64,000 bases of DNA, from contig CACMET010000003.1 in the NCBI GenBank assembly GCA_902612825.1, positions 50,536 to 114,535 on the forward strand. The letters run 5' to 3'. The translations under genes were made by a program, and so were the position numbers. Under the pieces are notes generated by a model that was not told the origin of the DNA, did no database searches, and saw nothing but the letters and a program-made list of their open reading frames with translations. This stretch comes from an uncultured Alphaproteobacteria bacterium (GTDB lineage Bacteria; Pseudomonadota; Alphaproteobacteria; HIMB59; GCA-002718135). Shown here in pieces: positions 48,738 through 58,488 of this stretch. Every line of letters begins with the position of its first letter. Within the stretch, counting starts at the first letter, position 1.

Positions 48738-49766
48738 ATGCCGTACAAAGCTAATACAAAAAGATATCAAAAATTAATCTACAGAAGATGTGGAAATAGC
48801 GGATTACTTTTACCCCCTATTACGCTTGGTCTTTGGCATAACTTTGGTGGTAAAAAATCTATGTCAAAAGAAGCAAAGAGGATGCTTTTTAGAGCATTTG
48901 ACAGAGGTGTAACTCATTTTGATTTAGCAAATAATTATGGTCCACCAGCAGGATCTGCAGAAGAAAATTTTGGTAAAGTTATGAACGCTGATTTTAAAAA
49001 ATATAGAGACGAAATGATAATATCAAGTAAGGCAGGTTATCACATGTGGGATGGTCCATATGGTGAATGGGGATCAAAAAAATATTTAACTGCAAGCCTT
49101 GATCAAAGTTTAAAAAGAATGAAATTAGAATATGTGGATATATTTTATTCTCATCGTTTTGATCCATTAACACCATTAGAAGAGACAGCAGATGCATTAG
49201 CTCAATCAATCACAAGTGGCAAGGCTTTGTACGTAGGAATTTCATCATATAGTTCAAAACAAACAATTAAAATAAACAAGTTATTAAAAGATAGAGGAGT
49301 TAGTTGTTTAATTCATCAACCATCTTACTCCATGATTAATAGATGGGTGGAAAAAGATCTATTATCTACACTAAAAAAATTAGGTATAGGGTGTATTGCA
49401 TTCTCTCCTCTTGCTCAAGGAATGTTATCGGGAAAATATTTAAATAAAATACCTAAAGTATCAAGGATTTCAGATAATTCATCTCTTGATAAAAAAATGA
49501 TTACAAAAAGTTATTTAATTAAAATTAAAGAGTTAACAAAAATTGCAAAAAGAAGAGGACAATCTTTACCTCAAATGGCTCTTTCGTGGATACTTCGTCA
49601 TCCAAATATGACATCTGCTCTAATTGGCGCAAGAACAGTTAAGCAATTAGATGAGTGTTTAGATAGTCAAAATAATCTAACTTTTAGTAATTCTGAATTA
49701 AAAGAAATAGATAAATATGCAAAAGAAGAAAATATAAATCTTTGGTCAAGGTCAAGTAAAGATTAA
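48738..49766 (+). CDS. Aldo-keto reductase (YghZ / Kv-beta-like subfamily)
   Basis: 342 aa with GLWHNFG, FDLANNYGPPAGSAE and SPLAQGMLSGKY. Confidence 0.88.
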   Translation: MPYKANTKRYQKLIYRRCGNSGLLLPPITLGLWHNFGGKKSMSKEAKRMLFRAFDRGVTHFDLANNYGPPAGSAEENFGKVMNADFKKYRDEMIISSKAGYHMWDGPYGEWGSKKYLTASLDQSLKRMKLEYVDIFYSHRFDPLTPLEETADALAQSITSGKALYVGISSYSSKQTIKINKLLKDRGVSCLIHQPSYSMINRWVEKDLLSTLKKLGIGCIAFSPLAQGMLSGKYLNKIPKVSRISDNSSLDKKMITKSYLIKIKELTKIAKRRGQSLPQMALSWILRHPNMTSALIGARTVKQLDECLDSQNNLTFSNSELKEIDKYAKEENINLWSRSSKD

Positions 49767-49809
49767 TTTTTTAATTGTAAAATAATAATTTTGAAATAAG
49801 TTATAATTT

Positions 49810-51315
49810 ATGATCATTTTGAGATATTTGTTTTCAATTTTATTAATCTTTCTTTTATTAAATTTTATTTTTGATTTAAAATTTATCAATCTTCAAACTA
49901 GCAATCAAATAAAAAATTTTGTTTATACTTATATTCTTCCTCATAAACATGCTGTCAATTTGGAAAAAGAAATTAAAGAGTTAAGAAAAGATCGTAACCA
50001 AATTGATAAAAGAAGAATTTTATATGAGGAAGCTTTTCAAGATTTGATGGAAGATAGACCCTATCTTGAATATGACAGTCTTTTACTAGAAAAATTATTA
50101 ACACAATTTGATCCCTATGAGTTTGACATTAGTTTGATAAATAATTCAAGTAATCTTGAATATAGTTATAACTCTGAACACAGCTTTTCAAATGACTCTA
50201 TTGATGTAAATATTTTTGGTCCAACATCAAATATATTTATGTATGGTATAGCAAACCAATATCCAGGAAGTGGATATTTAGAAACTCATAATGATAATTT
50301 AATTATTATGTCAGCAAGTGGGATTTTAGGATTTTCAAATATTGAAATTAATAATATTAAGAATGATCTTTTTTTTCAACAAATTAAAACAAATATCAGT
50401 AAATTTATTGGTATAGAGCAATTTAAAAAATCTCGAATTCATGATTTTGATTGGCTTGAAGGAGGGTGGTTTTCTTTAAAAGACATTGAAATTTACAATG
50501 ATGAAATTTATGTTTCTTATACAAGAGAAGTTTCTAATAATTGTTGGAATACAAGTTTAATTTATGGAAAAATGAATTATCAATTTATTGAATTTGATAA
50601 TTTTTTTACTTCTGATGAGTGTGTACATTTTTATGATAATATTGATGAAGAATTTAATGCTCATCAATCAGGTGGTAGAGTAATTAGTTTAGAAAATGAT
50701 AAAGTATATTTTTCTACTGGTGATTTTAGAAGTAGGCATCGAACTCAAAAAATAGATAGTATGTTTGGTAAAGTTATTGAGATCGATAAAGTTTCTAAAA
50801 ATTATAAAGTAATTAGTATGGGGCATAGAAACCCTCAAGGTTTATATTATAATAAAGAAGATAATTTTTTAATAGAAGCTGAGCATGGACCTCAAGGTGG
50901 AGACGAAATAAATATAATTAAACTAAATCAAAAAGAAATACCAAATTATGGATGGGCAATTTCTAGCTATGGAGAACATTATGGTGGTGCGAATGCTTCA
51001 TATAATCAGAAAACATATGAAAAATATCCACTTTACAAATCTCATTCTGATTATGGTTTTATTGAACCAATTAAATACTTTGTTCCTTCAATTGGTATTT
51101 CACAGATTGTAGGTTTAGATAAAAAAAACCATTATGTTGTTGCCTCATTAAAAGATAGTTCACTTTATTTTTTTGAACTAAAGGATAATAAAGAAATAAT
51201 AAATATAAAAAGAATTGAAATAGGTGAGAGAATTAGAGATATGATTAAGTATAATAATCAACTATATTTATTTTTAGAAGATACAGCATCATTTGCACAA
51301 GTAATTTTAAAATAA
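49810..51315 (+). CDS. Membrane-anchored PQQ-dependent sugar dehydrogenase-like beta-propeller (sGDH/YliI family)
   Basis: N-terminal TM; C-terminal motifs GHRNPQGL, EHGPQGGDEIN and NYGW. Confidence 0.7.
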   Translation: MIILRYLFSILLIFLLLNFIFDLKFINLQTSNQIKNFVYTYILPHKHAVNLEKEIKELRKDRNQIDKRRILYEEAFQDLMEDRPYLEYDSLLLEKLLTQFDPYEFDISLINNSSNLEYSYNSEHSFSNDSIDVNIFGPTSNIFMYGIANQYPGSGYLETHNDNLIIMSASGILGFSNIEINNIKNDLFFQQIKTNISKFIGIEQFKKSRIHDFDWLEGGWFSLKDIEIYNDEIYVSYTREVSNNCWNTSLIYGKMNYQFIEFDNFFTSDECVHFYDNIDEEFNAHQSGGRVISLENDKVYFSTGDFRSRHRTQKIDSMFGKVIEIDKVSKNYKVISMGHRNPQGLYYNKEDNFLIEAEHGPQGGDEINIIKLNQKEIPNYGWAISSYGEHYGGANASYNQKTYEKYPLYKSHSDYGFIEPIKYFVPSIGISQIVGLDKKNHYVVASLKDSSLYFFELKDNKEIINIKRIEIGERIRDMIKYNNQLYLFLEDTASFAQVILK

Positions 51316-51318
51316 TTT

Positions 51319-52284
51319 GTGTTAAAAATAAAAGATAAATGGGTTTGGGATTTCTGGTTAGCAAATGATGATAACAAATGGTACTGTTATTTTTTACAAG
51401 CAGATAAATCATTAAAAGATCCAGATTTACGACATAATAATGTTACTCAAGGTCTTGCTACCTCGAAAGATTTAATAAACTGGGATTATTATGGAACAGT
51501 TTTATCACCTTCAAAAAAAGAAAATTTTGATGATTATACTGTATGGACAGGATCAATATTAAAAGAAAAGTCACAATGGCATTACTTCTATACTGGAAGA
51601 AATAAAAGTGAAAAAGGTGTTAAACAAAGAATTGGTCATGCATTAGGCAATACACCCTACTCTTTTAAAAGATGTGGTAATGGATTAGCTTTAGATTTAG
51701 ATTCAAATATTTATTTAGAATTTGCTGAAAATGGATTTTGGAAAGATCAAGCTATGAGAGATCCATGGGTAATGAAACATCCTCATGAAAATAAATATAT
51801 AATGGCTTACACAGCAAGAGCAGCAATTAATAATGATCCATATCAATGTGGCGTTATTGGAATGGCAGAATCAAATGATCTTTACGAATGGAAATCTACT
51901 AAACCTTTGTTTGGAGGTTTATTTAGTCAGTTGGAAGTCCCACAAATATTTAAAGTTAAAAATAAATGGTATTGTTTATTTTGCAATCATCCTGAAGATT
52001 GGTCCAGCGAATTTAAGAAAAATTATAATGGACCAAATAAGCGAGGCACACATTATTTAATTGCTGATAAATTTGATGGTCCTTGGAAATTAGCACCTGG
52101 ACCTTATTTAACATCAAATTCTGAAATAGAGCTTTATGCTGGTAGAATTATTGAAAAAGATATGAAATTCTTCTTAATGGCATTTTTACATGATGATGAA
52201 GATGGAAATTTTATTGGAGAAATATCAGATCCAATTCCAATTAATTTTGACAAAGATGGTTTAATGAATTTAAATTTTAATTAA
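51319..52284 (+). CDS. Clan GH-J (GH32/GH68-like) five-bladed beta-propeller glycosidase
   Basis: VWDFW (nucleophile motif), MRDPW (RDP motif) and a LEVPQ candidate acid/base. GTG start. At 321 aa it is short for the family. Confidence 0.6.
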   Translation: MLKIKDKWVWDFWLANDDNKWYCYFLQADKSLKDPDLRHNNVTQGLATSKDLINWDYYGTVLSPSKKENFDDYTVWTGSILKEKSQWHYFYTGRNKSEKGVKQRIGHALGNTPYSFKRCGNGLALDLDSNIYLEFAENGFWKDQAMRDPWVMKHPHENKYIMAYTARAAINNDPYQCGVIGMAESNDLYEWKSTKPLFGGLFSQLEVPQIFKVKNKWYCLFCNHPEDWSSEFKKNYNGPNKRGTHYLIADKFDGPWKLAPGPYLTSNSEIELYAGRIIEKDMKFFLMAFLHDDEDGNFIGEISDPIPINFDKDGLMNLNFN

Positions 52285-53131
52285 TATTTCTCCACGAATA
52301 TTCTGGTTTAAATCCTAATACTTTTTTAGCCTTCTCATTACTCAATAATGTTTTATTTTTTCCTATCTCTCCCTTAATTTGAATATTTGGAAATACTTTA
52401 TCGAGAAGTGATTTATTATCTTCTTCCATAACAGTGTCATCTGCAGCTATAATAAAATTATCAGCACCTTTTAAATTACTTTCTATAGCTAATAGACAGG
52501 CTTGAGCTACATCTCTAGCATCTATATATCCCCAAAAGTTCCATTTTCGTAAAAAAGGATCATTTTGAAAAGATTTAAATTGTTTGTAATCATGTTCTTC
52601 CATTATATTGGAATAACGAAGTCCAAATATTTTCATCTCTGGATTTCTCCTACAATATTGTCTGGCCATTTCTTCACCCATCACTTTAGAAAGTGAATAG
52701 CTTGACTCTGGTCGTGGATCATATTCTTCATCAACAGGTACATAAGGTGGATAAGTATCAAATGGTAAACCTAGAACTGTTTCACTTGATGCCCATACAA
52801 TATTATTTATTTTCATAACTTTTGAAGCTTGGAAAATATTATAAGTGCTTAGAGTATTAGCTTTAAAAGTTTTATGATTTGCTTCTAAACCGGAGGCAGG
52901 AATAGCTGCTTGATGAATTACCGCATCTATGCCATTAATACGGTCATCAATTTCAGAAACTACTTCCATAGCATCACCAAAATCCTCTAAATCAACCCTT
53001 GTAAAAGGAACGCCTAAATCAGAGTTATTTACAAAATCAACATTAAAAACATTATAATTATTTTTCAATAATAGTTTTATTGTTGCTCTACCAGCTTTAC
53101 CTGAGCCCCCAGTAACTAAAATATTTTTCAT
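52277..53131 (-). CDS. NAD-dependent epimerase/dehydratase (extended SDR)
   Basis: VTGGSGKAG Rossmann motif and YSLSK catalytic motif. Confidence 0.85.
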   Translation of the reverse strand: MKNILVTGGSGKAGRATIKLLLKNNYNVFNVDFVNNSDLGVPFTRVDLEDFGDAMEVVSEIDDRINGIDAVIHQAAIPASGLEANHKTFKANTLSTYNIFQASKVMKINNIVWASSETVLGLPFDTYPPYVPVDEEYDPRPESSYSLSKVMGEEMARQYCRRNPEMKIFGLRYSNIMEEHDYKQFKSFQNDPFLRKWNFWGYIDARDVAQACLLAIESNLKGADNFIIAADDTVMEEDNKSLLDKVFPNIQIKGEIGKNKTLLSNEKAKKVLGFKPEYSWRNIN

Positions 53132-53203
53132 TTAATTTACTTTAATGACTTTTTTATAAAGAATCATCAATTTTATGATTAATATGTTTGTAAAGGAGAT
53201 TTT

Positions 53204-53635
53204 ATGGCTGAATATATTTTAGAAGCTGGAGGAACAATGGCATTTACATTCCATGTTTTATTTATGCTTTTCAATTTATTTATTATATATCAATTTTATT
53301 TTAATGATAAATTTTTCAATGAATTAGGATTTTCAAATGAAGAACCTAAGTTAGTTTTTAGAGGTCCATTAGGTGCTGTTTTTTTAACAATGTTATTAAT
53401 GTCAATATTGTTAACTTTTGACGTAACTGGAAATACTTATGAAGAAAATGTAGTACAATATAAATTCTGGTATTCATTTTTATTTATGCTTATGGCTATT
53501 GCTTTAATTAGTTCAGTAGTTAGGTATTTTAATCTTGTAAATAATTATGGAATTACTCCAAATATAAGAGGAGTTATGTTTCCATTAGTTGGACTTGTTT
53601 TAATAATTCTTAGAACAGTATTTGAGGGTTACTAA
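53204..53635 (+). CDS. 4-TM membrane protein, unknown function
   Basis: 143 aa with SD AAAGGAG. Confidence 0.5.
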   Translation: MAEYILEAGGTMAFTFHVLFMLFNLFIIYQFYFNDKFFNELGFSNEEPKLVFRGPLGAVFLTMLLMSILLTFDVTGNTYEENVVQYKFWYSFLFMLMAIALISSVVRYFNLVNNYGITPNIRGVMFPLVGLVLIILRTVFEGY

Positions 53636-53641
53636 TTAATT

Positions 53642-53665
53642 ACAAGCGGTTTAATAACCGCTTGT
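53642..53665. terminator. Bidirectional terminator hairpin
   Basis: ACAAGCGGTT-TAAT-AACCGCTTGT followed by TTT, between convergent genes. Confidence 0.6.
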
Positions 53666-53666
53666 T

Positions 53667-54065
53667 TTAATTAAAGTAACTTCTAATCCTATTTCTTGAT
53701 GCAAAATGTAAGATTATTGAAACTATAAATATAAATAAAACAAAATAGTATTCTCTAAATTCAACTTGACTTGTGTAAAAAACAAATAAACAACAAACTG
53801 TAAATGATTTAATATAAATTTCTAAAAACTGAATAGGATAAAGTTTTTCTGTTTGAAAAAAAAGATATCTAAAACCAAAGTAAGCAAAAGTTAGAAAAAC
53901 AGCTAATCTTACTGAAGTAATTCTATGATATGGTATTTCTTGTTTTTCAACAATAGTGTATGGAAAATAGATAGTTACACCCATAATCTCTGCAATTATA
54001 AATCCTAATGCCCATAAACTTAATATACCTATTATAATTTTAGCTAATGTTTTTACCATAATCAA
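53667..54065 (-). CDS. Membrane protein, unknown function
   Basis: 132 aa, about 4 TM. Confidence 0.45.
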   Translation of the reverse strand: MIMVKTLAKIIIGILSLWALGFIIAEIMGVTIYFPYTIVEKQEIPYHRITSVRLAVFLTFAYFGFRYLFFQTEKLYPIQFLEIYIKSFTVCCLFVFYTSQVEFREYYFVLFIFIVSIILHFASRNRIRSYFN

Positions 54066-54177
54066 ATTTATGGCCTTTTTTTTACTAGGGTTTTGACCAA
54101 CCTATTCAAATATTTTAACTAAATTTTAATAAAAAATACATAAATTTTGATTTGATTGCAGAAAACTAAGTTATTTC

Positions 54178-54573
54178 TTATCTAAAATTATCTTTAATTG
54201 GAGAAAAATATAAAAGAATCAAAATTGCGCCACTTATTAATCCACCAATTTGATCCAGCACACCACTAAAAGCAGTATAGATAACAGAACCACTAAGATA
54301 ATTTAGAACTATGCCAGCTACTACTAAAAATAAATATAATGGTTTGCCGTAAGAGATAAATCTATAAAGTAAATTTAAAGTAAATAGATATAGAAAGAAT
54401 AAACTAATAGATACTATTCGAGAAAAATTTTCAAAATTAGATAATAATCCATCATTTAAATTTTCATAAAGATTAGAAATTTCCGATGGTTGATACATAG
54501 ATGAAATAACCATTAAAATTATAACAATAAAATCTGCTAGAATTAAATTTTTAAAAATCTTTTCAATTTCCAT
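54178..54573 (-). CDS. Membrane protein, unknown function
   Basis: 131 aa, about 4 TM. Confidence 0.45.
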   Translation of the reverse strand: MEIEKIFKNLILADFIVIILMVISSMYQPSEISNLYENLNDGLLSNFENFSRIVSISLFFLYLFTLNLLYRFISYGKPLYLFLVVAGIVLNYLSGSVIYTAFSGVLDQIGGLISGAILILLYFSPIKDNFR

Positions 54574-54684
54574 AATAAATATAAATTCAAATAAATATGC
54601 TATTTAACTTAGATATGTAGTTTGAATATTACAATAAGATTATTAAAATCTATTTAAAAATAAATTAGATATTAAAAATTATAT

Positions 54685-55017
54685 TTACCACATTGAATGG
54701 ATAACATCTGAACTATTAATTTTTACTAAATTCTCACATTTACTTTCAAAATCACTAAAATCATCTCTAAAAGTTGCTCCATTATTTTGTGCTTGCTCAA
54801 AATGATTATCTATTCCTTCTTGATTTTCATAAACCTCTGTTAGAATTAGAGAAATATTGCCTGTTTTATTTCCATCTTTAAATTCAGGGCCTATAGACCA
54901 ATTTAACATTAAAAGTGCATTATTACCTTCCTTTGTATGTGTTTCCTCCATCCATTTTGTATGATCTTCAGCAATTCTTTTTGCAATATCAATAAGTTTA
55001 GGTTTAAAAAAATCCAT
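54685..55017 (-). CDS. Small soluble protein, unknown function
   Basis: 110-aa ORF with no SD of its own; see the uORF finding. Confidence 0.45.
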   Translation of the reverse strand: MDFFKPKLIDIAKRIAEDHTKWMEETHTKEGNNALLMLNWSIGPEFKDGNKTGNISLILTEVYENQEGIDNHFEQAQNNGATFRDDFSDFESKCENLVKINSSDVIHSMW

Positions 55018-55101
55018 AAATACTGAAGTTGTTTTTATTTTGAAACATATTTCCTCCTTTTAAAAAAAATACTAGTAAGTTAAGAAAATATTTCAAATAA
55101 A

Positions 55102-55941
55102 TTATTGTTGAGAATCATTTTCCAATGTTTGTACATGAATATCTAAGTTTTCTATCACAGCATCATTATTAATATTTCCATAAAAAACACCCTTAATAGG
55201 TGATGCGTAACTTGCATCAAGTCCACAAGAAACACGTACGTATCTTTCATCTGGACTGCACTTATTTGTAGGATCAAATCCCACCCAACCTAAATCATGT
55301 ATATAAAATTCTGCCCACGCATGTGTAGATTGAAATTCTGAAGAATGGGAATTGTTATGCATATAACCATTAACGTATCTAGCAGGTATTCCTAAAGTTT
55401 TTGCTGCGGCAATCATAATATGTGCTTGATCCTGACAGACTCCCTTTTTCTGATTAAATGCTTCAATAGCTGTTGTTTGATTATTTGTCGTTAAAGGTTT
55501 GTATTCAATTTTTTCAGCTATTAGATTCATCAGATTATGAGATGTTTCTAGATTTTCATTTTCATTAAAACCATTTTTAGCTTCAATAGCTAAATTTTTT
55601 ATATCCGCATTTGCTTTTGTTAAATTTGATTCTCTTAAGTAAACTAAAGGATCTATTTTATCAGAAGCACTATGGTAAATTCCTTTTGTATCAAATGTTT
55701 CAACTTTTCCAAGAACTGTAAATTGTATTTTTTTCACCTTGTTTGTATTTGTAAAACTTTGAATATTATTAGCCTCACCATCCTGATAAATTTTTGATTT
55801 TTTGGCTGAGTCGTTATGGACATTCCACTTTAAAATTTTAAGACCATTATATTCTGAAGGATGCAGTTTAGTGGTTTGAATTAATCCCGCAACTGGATTT
55901 TTATATTCATACTTAGTTGTGTGTTCGATTATTAGTTCCAT
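55102..55941 (-). CDS. Transglutaminase-like cysteine peptidase family protein (Bact_transglu_N + transglutaminase core)
   Basis: GVCQDQAHIM (Cys), HAWAEFY (His) and GFDPTN (Asp). I chose the start at 55941 (MELIIEHTTKYEY), just after the alpha-E stop. Confidence 0.85.
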   Translation of the reverse strand: MELIIEHTTKYEYKNPVAGLIQTTKLHPSEYNGLKILKWNVHNDSAKKSKIYQDGEANNIQSFTNTNKVKKIQFTVLGKVETFDTKGIYHSASDKIDPLVYLRESNLTKANADIKNLAIEAKNGFNENENLETSHNLMNLIAEKIEYKPLTTNNQTTAIEAFNQKKGVCQDQAHIMIAAAKTLGIPARYVNGYMHNNSHSSEFQSTHAWAEFYIHDLGWVGFDPTNKCSPDERYVRVSCGLDASYASPIKGVFYGNINNDAVIENLDIHVQTLENDSQQ

Positions 55942-55942
55942 A

Positions 55943-56878
55943 TTAATTAAAAAACTCCTTATGTATTTCGTTATCAACACTAGATATTTTTCTAATAAAT
56001 TGTGTTACAAATTGATGAAGTCCATATTCAACAATAGTTTCTATTTTTTCTTCTTGAATTTTAGTATTTAGATCTTTTAAATTATTATAAATTCTTGCAA
56101 CTTTTTCTGGACTGCATGTTAGGTTAGTTAAATGTTTAACAATATTCTGAATACAAAAACTTAAAGATCTAGGGCAATTATTATTTAAAACTAAAAAGTC
56201 AGCAATTTTAGTTGCGGTAATATTACCATCGTATGCCCATCTAAAAGCTCTAAAAGAAGATAAAGAGCGAAGCAATATACTCCATTGCATATTATCGATA
56301 TTACCACCTACATATTGAGGCTTAGGTAATAAAACAAAATACTTTACATCTAATAATCTGGCAGAATTATCAGCCCTCTCAATAAATAAACCAAGAAAAA
56401 GAAAATTATAACCATCATTTCTAAGCAAAGAACTTAATGATCCTCTAAATAAGTTTACTTGTTCTATTGTCCACTCTGTCAGATCAGGTAAATCAGATTT
56501 TGTAAATTTTTGTTCTTTTAAGTTTAGTATCTCTTGATAAGTTTTATTAATTGCTAACCAAGACTCAGGGGTAAAGGAAGTTCTAACTACTAATGCGTTA
56601 TTTCGCGCATTAAGAATACAATTGTAAACAGATGAAGGATTACTTTCATCAAAAAATAAATAATCTTCCACATTTTTCTGTTCAATTGTATCATATTTAT
56701 TTTTATACCCCTCAATTGCTCCAGCAGCAGATAAAACTGATTCCCATTCATTATTATAACCACTTGGATTTGGAAAAAGAGACATTCTATAACCAACATC
56801 TAAAAGCCTGGCTGTAGTTTCAGCTCTTTCCATATAACGACTGATCCAATATAGATATTCAGCAGTTCTACTTAACAT
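55943..56878 (-). CDS. Alpha-E domain protein (DUF403, COG2307)
   Basis: MLSRTAEYLYWISRYMERAE... and a second ERADNSARLLDV repeat, typical of alpha-E. Confidence 0.85.
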   Translation of the reverse strand: MLSRTAEYLYWISRYMERAETTARLLDVGYRMSLFPNPSGYNNEWESVLSAAGAIEGYKNKYDTIEQKNVEDYLFFDESNPSSVYNCILNARNNALVVRTSFTPESWLAINKTYQEILNLKEQKFTKSDLPDLTEWTIEQVNLFRGSLSSLLRNDGYNFLFLGLFIERADNSARLLDVKYFVLLPKPQYVGGNIDNMQWSILLRSLSSFRAFRWAYDGNITATKIADFLVLNNNCPRSLSFCIQNIVKHLTNLTCSPEKVARIYNNLKDLNTKIQEEKIETIVEYGLHQFVTQFIRKISSVDNEIHKEFFN

Positions 56879-56887
56879 TTTTATTCC

Positions 56888-58297
56888 TCATTCAGCCAAA
56901 ACCCATGTGTCTTTCACTCCGCCTCCTTGGCTAGAATTGACAACAAAAGAACCTTCATTCATTGCAACTCTGGTTAAACCACCAGAACTTAATTGAGCTT
57001 GCTCTCCAATTAAACAAAATGGACGTAAATCTACCCTTCTTCCCTCAACTTGATTTTTGATTAGTGTTGGTGAAAATGAAAGATCAAGTAAAGGTTGAGC
57101 TATATATCCTTTTGGATTTGTTGAGAGTTTTGTTTTAAATTCATCTATAGAGGATTTAGAAGATTTTGGACCTATTAACATCCCATAACCTCCAGATCCA
57201 TCAACCTCTTTTACGACAAGTTCATTTATATTATCTAAAACATATTTTAATTCTTGTTCCTTTTCACAATTCCATGTTTCAACATTATCTAAGATTGGTT
57301 GTTCGCCTAAATAAAATTTGATCATCTCAGGTACATAAATATAAATTGCTTTGTCATCAGCTATGCCTGCTCCAGGAGCTGAACAGATATTGACACCACC
57401 TGTTCTATAAACATCCATAATTCCTGGAATACCAATTACAGATTGAGGATTAAAACATAAAGGATCTAAAAAATCGTCATCTATTCTTCTGTAAACTACA
57501 TCTACTCTTTTTGGACCATCAACTGTTTTCATATAAAGATATTTTCCTTCAACAAATAAATCTGTTGATTCAACCATTTCAATACCCATTTGATCTGATA
57601 AAAAACTATGTTCGTAGTAAGCGCTATTTAAAGGACCAGGTGTAAGTAACACACATACTGGTTCTGGATTTTCACATTTAATAGGAGCTAAACTCATCAA
57701 GGTTTGCAAAAGTCTTGTTGGGTAGTCATCTATTGGTGTTACCCTGTTGTTATGAAATAAATCAGGAAACATTCGCATCATTATTTCTCTATTTTCTAGC
57801 ATGTAAGAAACACCACTTGGTGTTCGACAATTATCTTCTAAAACAAAATAATCATTGGGACCTGTTCTTACTAAATCAATACCAATTATAGGACTATAGA
57901 TATCTCTAGGAGGAGAAAAACCAAACATTGAAGGTTCAAAAGATTTTTTTTTGTAAATTATTTCTTTAGGAATTATATTAGCTTTTATTATTTCACCTTG
58001 ATTATAAATATCAGCAAGAAACGCATTAAGTGCTTTAGCTCTTTGGATTACTCCTCTTTCTAATCTTAACCATTCAGTATAGGTAAATATCCTTGGAATT
58101 AAATCAAACGGAATAATTCTTTCTCTTGCAGTTTCATTATTTGTAGAAAATGTAATTCCAATATTTCTAAAATGAGTTTCAGCTTCAGCATTCTTTTCAA
58201 GAATAACTTTTGAAGTCATTTGATCTAACCAATCATTAATATTGTTATAATGATTTCTTATAACTGTTTCAGATTGATACATTTCATTAAACATCAA
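56888..58297 (-). CDS. Circularly permuted type-2 ATP-grasp protein (DUF404/DUF407, COG2308)
   Basis: GITFS, IIPFDLIPRIFTYTEW, VLEDNCRTPSGVSYMLENR. The start is TTG 58297 or ATG 58294, with AGAGG upstream. Confidence 0.9.
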   Translation of the reverse strand: MMFNEMYQSETVIRNHYNNINDWLDQMTSKVILEKNAEAETHFRNIGITFSTNNETARERIIPFDLIPRIFTYTEWLRLERGVIQRAKALNAFLADIYNQGEIIKANIIPKEIIYKKKSFEPSMFGFSPPRDIYSPIIGIDLVRTGPNDYFVLEDNCRTPSGVSYMLENREIMMRMFPDLFHNNRVTPIDDYPTRLLQTLMSLAPIKCENPEPVCVLLTPGPLNSAYYEHSFLSDQMGIEMVESTDLFVEGKYLYMKTVDGPKRVDVVYRRIDDDFLDPLCFNPQSVIGIPGIMDVYRTGGVNICSAPGAGIADDKAIYIYVPEMIKFYLGEQPILDNVETWNCEKEQELKYVLDNINELVVKEVDGSGGYGMLIGPKSSKSSIDEFKTKLSTNPKGYIAQPLLDLSFSPTLIKNQVEGRRVDLRPFCLIGEQAQLSSGGLTRVAMNEGSFVVNSSQGGGVKDTWVLAE

Positions 58298-58422
58298 TGA
58301 GTGAACCTCTTGAGATTTGAATAGAATATTTTTTTATTATCTAACTTTTTAACCATAGTTATAACAAACCTTTCTTATCCGTTATAATTCATGCTTAGCT
58401 ATGGAAATTAATAATAAGATCC

Positions 58423-58474
58423 GCGTTCCTTCAGCTTTAGCCTACTTCCGATCTGTTAATACAGATTGAACGAT
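58423..58474 (-). promoter_or_regulatory. Glutamine riboswitch aptamer (glnA RNA motif), gene-proximal copy
   Basis: Minus strand UCGUUCA-AUCUGUAUUAACAGAU-CGGAAGUA-GGCUAAAGCU-GAAGGAACGC, with P1 CGUUC/GAACG and two internal hairpins. Confidence 0.75.
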
Positions 58475-58488
58475 TTAATAACTTGCAT

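Noticed and set aside
53204-53635. Third member of the 25979/26432 membrane-protein family
   Set aside because: Only a short FRGP-like similarity is present, at a different topological position. This is not convincing without a profile alignment.
55942-55980. 13-codon N-terminal extension of the transglutaminase gene overlapping alpha-E
   Set aside because: The family N-terminus (M-x-L-x-I-x-H-x-T-x-Y-x-Y) starts at the ATG at 55941, immediately after the alpha-E stop.
58375-58392. 5-codon mini-ORF (MNYNG) in the riboswitch leader as a leader peptide
   Set aside because: ATG and stop codons are frequent by chance in AT-rich sequence, and it has no SD.
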